DNA of 64,000 nucleotides from Planctomycetota bacterium (GTDB lineage Bacteria; Planctomycetota; MHYJ01; WSZJ01): NCBI GenBank assembly GCA_038060895.1, contig JBBTCT010000031.1, positions 116,496 to 180,495 of the forward strand, read 5' to 3'. Shown piece by piece: positions 59,391 to 64,000 of this stretch (position 1 is its first letter; each line of letters starts with the position of its first letter). The notes under the pieces were generated by a model. It saw only the letters and a program-made list of their open reading frames with translations, ran no database searches and was not told where the DNA came from. The position numbers and the translations under genes were made by a program.

Positions 59391-60197
59391 CTATTCGCCT
59401 TTGTCGATGCGCCCGAGCGCCTGCGCGGCGTCCGGCTCGACTTTCCACTGGAAGGGAATCGTGGATCGTTTCAGCGCCGGGTGCGCGCCGGCCAGGACGC
59501 AGAAGCCGGCCTTCGCCTTGAGCCGGCTCTGCAGGACCCACGCGGCCGCGGTCGCGGCGTCACCCCACGTCGGCACGTCGGCCAGGTCGATCACGACGAA
59601 ATTCGTGAGCGCCGCCAGCGACTCGAGATGCTCGCGTGCCACGCGCCCCGCAATCCAGTCGCTTCCGGCACAGTTTCCCGCGGGAACGACAAGCAGCACG
59701 CGCCGGCCCTCGGGCGTGTGCACGATGGACTCGCGGAATTCGCAGGTCGTCGCAGGGACGACCCGCGACCAGCCCTCGGAAGGGGGAAGCACGGCCGTGG
59801 CCGCGTCCGGGGAAGCGCCGGCGGAAGCGTCGAAGCGCGCAAGCGCGTCTTCGTCCGTGGCCACGCAGGCCGCGCCCAGCGGCGTGAGCGCAGCCGCGAT
59901 CGGGGCCGCCGCTTCGGTGACGATCCCGTCGCCCCCCAGCGGCTGAAGATCCTCGCGGACCAGCCCGGTGAAACTTGCAGCGGCTTCGGCGCACGCCGTG
60001 GCGTTCTTGAGATTCGCCAGCAGGTATTCAGCCTGCTGCGGCCACGCGTTCGCGTAATCCATCACGTTGCCGCTCGCGCCTCGTTCGGCGCCCGTCCAGG
60101 GGCCATGCACTTCGACCCGCAGCACCCGCCGCCCCGCCGGCGTGCGCACGATGGACTCCAGCATGCGGAGGCCGCCCGAATACCGGATCTCACGCAT
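59391..60197 (-). CDS. Hypothetical protein with internal duplication (STAS-like C-terminal half)
   Basis: ESIVRTPAGRRVL and ESIVHTPEGRRVL repeats; FVVIDLADV. Confidence 0.55.
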   Translation of the reverse strand: MREIRYSGGLRMLESIVRTPAGRRVLRVEVHGPWTGAERGASGNVMDYANAWPQQAEYLLANLKNATACAEAAASFTGLVREDLQPLGGDGIVTEAAAPIAAALTPLGAACVATDEDALARFDASAGASPDAATAVLPPSEGWSRVVPATTCEFRESIVHTPEGRRVLLVVPAGNCAGSDWIAGRVAREHLESLAALTNFVVIDLADVPTWGDAATAAAWVLQSRLKAKAGFCVLAGAHPALKRSTIPFQWKVEPDAAQALGRIDKGE

Positions 60198-61055
60198 CTA
60201 CAACCCCTCCGGAAACACGCGTCGCGGCTTCGCGACCTTGCCGTCCCCCTCGCCGACCGCCATCAGTTTACCGTCCCGCGTCATTCGCACGAGCCCCGTT
60301 CCCGTCCACCGCACCACCCGCCCGTGCGCCACCGCCTGCGCCTGCCCTTCCTCCAGCGCAAATTCCGGAAGGTGCGCCAGCGCCTCCGCCGGCGGACGCA
60401 GGCGCTTCACGTCGATCTCGCCCGGCTTGACCGCGTCCTCCACCTTGAAAGGGCCGACGCGCGTGCGCCGAAGCGCGCACAGGTGCGCTCCGCAGCCGAG
60501 CGCGCGGCCGGCTTCTTCCGCGAGGACGCGGACGTAGGTGCCGCTGGAGACGTCCACGAAGAACTCGACCTCAGGAAGCGCGACGCGCACGACCTCCGCC
60601 TTCGACACCGTGATCGTCCGCTCCGGCCGTTCCACCGTCTTGCCCTTCCGCGCCAGCGTGTGCAGGCGCTTCCCTTTCACCTTCACCGCGCTCACCATCG
60701 GCGGCCGCTGGCGGCGCGTGCCGAGAAGCGCCTTGAAAGCCGCGGCGGCCTGGTCGGCGGTGCACGTCACCGCTCGCGTCGCGAGAATCTTTCCGGTCGC
60801 GTCGAGCGAGTCCGTCTCCACTCCGAGTTTCGCGGTGCCGAGGTACCCCTTGTCCCACTCGAGGAACTGGAGGATCGCAGTCGCCCGCCCGATCGCCAGC
60901 ACCAGCAGCCCCGTCGCCATCGGGTCCAGCGTCCCCGTGTGCCCGATCTCCATGGTCTTCAGCCGCGTCCGCGCGTCTTCGACGACGTCATGCGACGTCG
61001 GCCCGGCGGGCTTGTCGACGAGGAGGAATCCGGTGGGAGAAGGGGCGTCGGGCAT
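60198..61055 (-). CDS. truB: tRNA pseudouridine(55) synthase
   Basis: VDKPAGPTSHDVV, GHTGTLDPMATGLL, PPMVSAVK and SSGTYVRVL. Confidence 0.96.
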   Translation of the reverse strand: MPDAPSPTGFLLVDKPAGPTSHDVVEDARTRLKTMEIGHTGTLDPMATGLLVLAIGRATAILQFLEWDKGYLGTAKLGVETDSLDATGKILATRAVTCTADQAAAAFKALLGTRRQRPPMVSAVKVKGKRLHTLARKGKTVERPERTITVSKAEVVRVALPEVEFFVDVSSGTYVRVLAEEAGRALGCGAHLCALRRTRVGPFKVEDAVKPGEIDVKRLRPPAEALAHLPEFALEEGQAQAVAHGRVVRWTGTGLVRMTRDGKLMAVGEGDGKVAKPRRVFPEGL

Positions 61056-61163
61056 GGGCGCACAGGGTACGGGGGAAACGGCCGTTTCTCCACTCTCCGG
61101 AACATCGAACCCGTTACCGGTAAGATGGAACCCCGTTTCACAAACCCAAACTCAGGAGCCCAC

Positions 61164-62699
61164 GTGCGCCTCCATCTCGCCGCCATCGCGTTGACTCTGC
61201 TTTCCTCTGCCGCATCTGCCGAGGACGAAACGCTCATCCTCGAGCGCCCGAATGACGTCACCGAAGCGGAGTGGAAAGAAACACTGCGCGCTTTCCGATC
61301 GAGCCGCGAAGCCCTGGCGCAGACACTCGTTGAGGCCGCGCGCAAGCTCCCGAAACCAGGAGCCGATCCGGTTCGCGCACTCCGTCCCCGCTTTCGCGTG
61401 CGCGACGCCATGGACCTGGGCGCTTCCAGGCTCATCGACCGCCTCGTGCCGGCGACCGCTTCCGCGCTCAACGATCCCGGCGTCGAAGCGCTCGTCTCGC
61501 CGCGGCTGTCGGGGCGCGTCGTGCGCGTCGGCGCCGGCGGCGACTTCGCGTCTCTGACCGAAGCGCTGGCGACCGTCAAGGCGGGCGACGTCATCCGGCT
61601 CGCAGCCGGCGATCACGTCGTCGCCGACGACGAGCACGGCAGACCCCCGACTCTTCCGTGGGACATCTGGATTGCCGGCGAAGGCGCCGACAAGACCTCG
61701 CTGCGGATTTTCGTGAACAGCGCGTACCGCGTGCGGTTCTCCGGCTTGAAGCTGCTTGGGACGGCGGACGAGATCTTCAGCCTGAACGACACGACGTACC
61801 TTCACCTCAAGGATTGCGTCCTGCGGGAATTCAACTCGCGCAAGAGCGAATTCACGGCCATTCACATGGAGAGCGGCCTTCTGCTCGTCGACGACTGCGA
61901 ATTCAACGGTCTGGACTCGGCGGAAGGCGTCGAAGAAGAGGACCGCATGGGAACCGGCGGCACGGCGATTGACGCGGCCCCCGGGTCCGTCGTCGTCGTG
62001 CGGCGGACGCGCTTCGTCGATTGCGCCACCGCGATGTTCCTGGACGGAGTCGGCGCCGTGGACGGGTGCGTGGGCGAAACGACGTGCGATTCCACGCTTC
62101 ACGTGGCCACGCGCCGCGAAAGCCGCGCCTACTTCAGGAATTGCCGCGGCCTGTACACCGAAGAATCCGAAGGGCTCTTCCCGATGCCGTGCGCCGGCTC
62201 CGACTTCGACGTTGCGCGCGCCGCCACGGAGGGCAAGTTCGCCGACGGGCTTCTCGAGACGCTCGCCGCGGACCGCAACCTCTCCTATTGGCTCGGGCTG
62301 ACGCGCCACGCGGACAAGGGGATCCGTGAAGCGGCTGCGAAGCGCTGGTCCGCGCTCACGCAGGGCATCGCGGATCCGCCCGCGCCGAAACCGGCGCCCG
62401 CACCGGAGGCTCTCGACCAGGCCATCGCGGCGCTGGATGCCGAAGACGCCGCGGCCCGCGAAAAGGCCGCCGCCGTCCTGGGCGACGCCGGCGAAGCCGC
62501 CCGCGACCGCCTCAAGGCCGCCGCCGCCAAAGGGTCTCCCGAGGGCCGCGCGCGCGCCACTTTCCTCCTCGCCGACCTCGACCGCCTCGCTTCCCTGGGA
62601 GGCGAGCTCGACTTCGCAAAACGCGCCGTTTTGTTCGACGAGGACGCCCCGGAACTGGAATGGAACTCCGAGCGGAAGGCGTACGACCTGAAGAAGTGA
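61164..62699 (+). CDS. Exported protein with beta-helix (pectin-lyase-like) and HEAT-like regions
   Basis: Signal peptide, GDFASLTEAL...AGDVIRLAAG and LDAEDAAAREKAA; SD AGGAG before the GTG at 61164. Confidence 0.65.
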   Translation: MRLHLAAIALTLLSSAASAEDETLILERPNDVTEAEWKETLRAFRSSREALAQTLVEAARKLPKPGADPVRALRPRFRVRDAMDLGASRLIDRLVPATASALNDPGVEALVSPRLSGRVVRVGAGGDFASLTEALATVKAGDVIRLAAGDHVVADDEHGRPPTLPWDIWIAGEGADKTSLRIFVNSAYRVRFSGLKLLGTADEIFSLNDTTYLHLKDCVLREFNSRKSEFTAIHMESGLLLVDDCEFNGLDSAEGVEEEDRMGTGGTAIDAAPGSVVVVRRTRFVDCATAMFLDGVGAVDGCVGETTCDSTLHVATRRESRAYFRNCRGLYTEESEGLFPMPCAGSDFDVARAATEGKFADGLLETLAADRNLSYWLGLTRHADKGIREAAAKRWSALTQGIADPPAPKPAPAPEALDQAIAALDAEDAAAREKAAAVLGDAGEAARDRLKAAAAKGSPEGRARATFLLADLDRLASLGGELDFAKRAVLFDEDAPELEWNSERKAYDLKK

Positions 62700-62805
62700 G
62701 AGCGCGCGATAAAAGCGAGCGCCGCCGCAGGATTCCGCGTGCGCACCTTTCCAAAGGTCACCTGCCGAATTCTTCGCGCGCTCTGACGTCGGCTACCATA
62801 CAGGG

Positions 62806-63669
62806 ATGCCGTCCCGATCCGCACCGCTGCGCAACAGGCTCCCGTGGACCCGCCTCAAGATGGCCGCGGCAAAGGTGGCTTACCGCGTGATGCGGCCGGT
62901 TCTCGGAAAGAAACCGCGCATCATCGAGCGCGGCGGAATCCGGTACCGCGTGGACCTCTCGGAAGCCATCGACTTCGCGCTGTATGTTTCCGGGCATTTC
63001 CAGGACCACGTCACGAACGCCGGCCTCAAGGCCATCCCACCCGATGCCGTCGTGTTCGACGTCGGCGCCAACCTCGGAAGCATGGCCCTGGCCTTCGCGA
63101 AACGATTTCCGCGCGGCAAGGTCGTGGCCTTCGAACCGACTCACCCGGGATTCGCGCGTCTCCGCGAAAACCTCGAGCTGAACCCCGACCTCGCGAAACG
63201 CGTCACCGCCGTGCAGACCTTCGTGTCCGACCAGTCGGGCACAACCCACGGTCTCTCCGCGTGCTCCAGCTGGAAACTCGACGGCACCGGCGCCGCACCG
63301 CACCCGCTTCATGGGGGAAGCCTCGGCGCCGTCGAAGGAGTCCCCGCCGTGTCGCTGGACGACTACTGCCGCGACGAGGGCGTGAAGCGGCTCGACCTTC
63401 TCAAGATCGACACCGACGGCCACGAGCTGGCGGTGCTTCGCGGCGCGCGCGGAATCCTTAAGCGGCTGCGCCCCGCGATCATCTTCGAAATCGGGCTCTA
63501 CCTTCTCGAGGAGCGCGGCGTCCGCGTGGACGACTACTTCGACCTCCTCGAGCCGCTCGGGTATCGCCTCGTGAGCTGCAAGTCCGGGCGCGACGTCACG
63601 CGCGAAACCGCTTCCCGCGAGATTCCCACCCGCTCGACGACCGACCTGCTCGCGCTCGCGCCGCGATAA
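62806..63669 (+). CDS. FkbM family methyltransferase
   Basis: VFDVGANLG, VVAFEP and LKIDTDGHELAVLRG. Confidence 0.9.
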   Translation: MPSRSAPLRNRLPWTRLKMAAAKVAYRVMRPVLGKKPRIIERGGIRYRVDLSEAIDFALYVSGHFQDHVTNAGLKAIPPDAVVFDVGANLGSMALAFAKRFPRGKVVAFEPTHPGFARLRENLELNPDLAKRVTAVQTFVSDQSGTTHGLSACSSWKLDGTGAAPHPLHGGSLGAVEGVPAVSLDDYCRDEGVKRLDLLKIDTDGHELAVLRGARGILKRLRPAIIFEIGLYLLEERGVRVDDYFDLLEPLGYRLVSCKSGRDVTRETASREIPTRSTTDLLALAPR

Positions 63670-63791
63670 TTCCGGCTTCGATCGAACCGGCGCCCCCCCG
63701 CTCCGTTAGCAGGGACCTCGCGGGAGTGGAAGCGGCGGTCTGAACCTGAAATGACCGCCGCTTCCCCTGACGCCTTGCAGGGGAGCTGACC

Positions 63792-64000
63792 ATGAAATCG
63801 CAGCAGTCGATGGAGCCCGTGTACGGTGACGCGGACCAGCAGGGCGCGCCGATGGAGGCTGAAGGGGGCGCGGTTTCGATCACTTCGTGGGTCGAAGAGC
63901 AGGTCCGCAACACGCCGTGGTGGCTCATCTCGATCGCCTTCCATCTGATCGTGCTGGCCGGCATGACGGTCATCACGTTCGACGAGAAGGTGACGGTCCA
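63792..64000 (+). CDS. Partial CDS (N-terminus), planctomycete-type membrane-anchored protein
   Basis: MKSQQSMEP...NTPWWLISIAFHLIVLAGMTVITF runs off the window end. Confidence 0.6.
   Translation, partial: MKSQQSMEPVYGDADQQGAPMEAEGGAVSITSWVEEQVRNTPWWLISIAFHLIVLAGMTVITFDEKVTV

Noticed and set aside
58875-61163. 1274-aa giant ORF 58875-62699
   Set aside because: The first 760 codons are the antisense shadow of truB, the globin and neighbours; the real gene starts near 61164 with an SD and signal peptide

Overview
High-GC bacterial chromosomal window, probably Planctomycetota (inferred from a DUF1559/H-X9-DG-like lipoprotein and a PWWLISIAFH-type gene at the right edge). Housekeeping genes lie at both ends: rpsT, def, ribF and a pepP-like gene on the left; tRNA-Phe, a Ca-type P-ATPase, an S41 protease, tsaD, larB, tRNA-Leu, a TIGR01212 radical SAM and truB on the right. 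The middle is accessory: stress and membrane genes with several gene remnants (about 8.9-18.6 kb), an RcnR/RcnA plus RND metal-efflux locus with a visible operator (18.6-25 kb), and a Wsp/ACF-type chemosensory operon feeding histidine kinases (25.4-36.4 kb). A 12.5-kb integrative, satellite-like element is inserted in tRNA-Phe, with a 46-bp att duplication at 36555-36600 and 49046-49091. It encodes a tyrosine integrase, a primase-helicase with iteron-like repeats and several Xis/AlpA-like HTH genes, but no capsid genes. Its cargo looks defensive: a DUF6941-like/HicA/HicB triplet, a GmrSD-like nuclease, and a TPR-fusion gene paired with a small ART-like gene. The two toxin modules are the best candidates for undescribed systems. 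Also notable are a hairpin-less RND adaptor with no TolC gene, long inverted repeats abutting both tRNAs, apparently leaderless genes, and kb-scale alternation of C-ending and G-ending codons. All assignments come from motif recognition by eye; no database searches were run.
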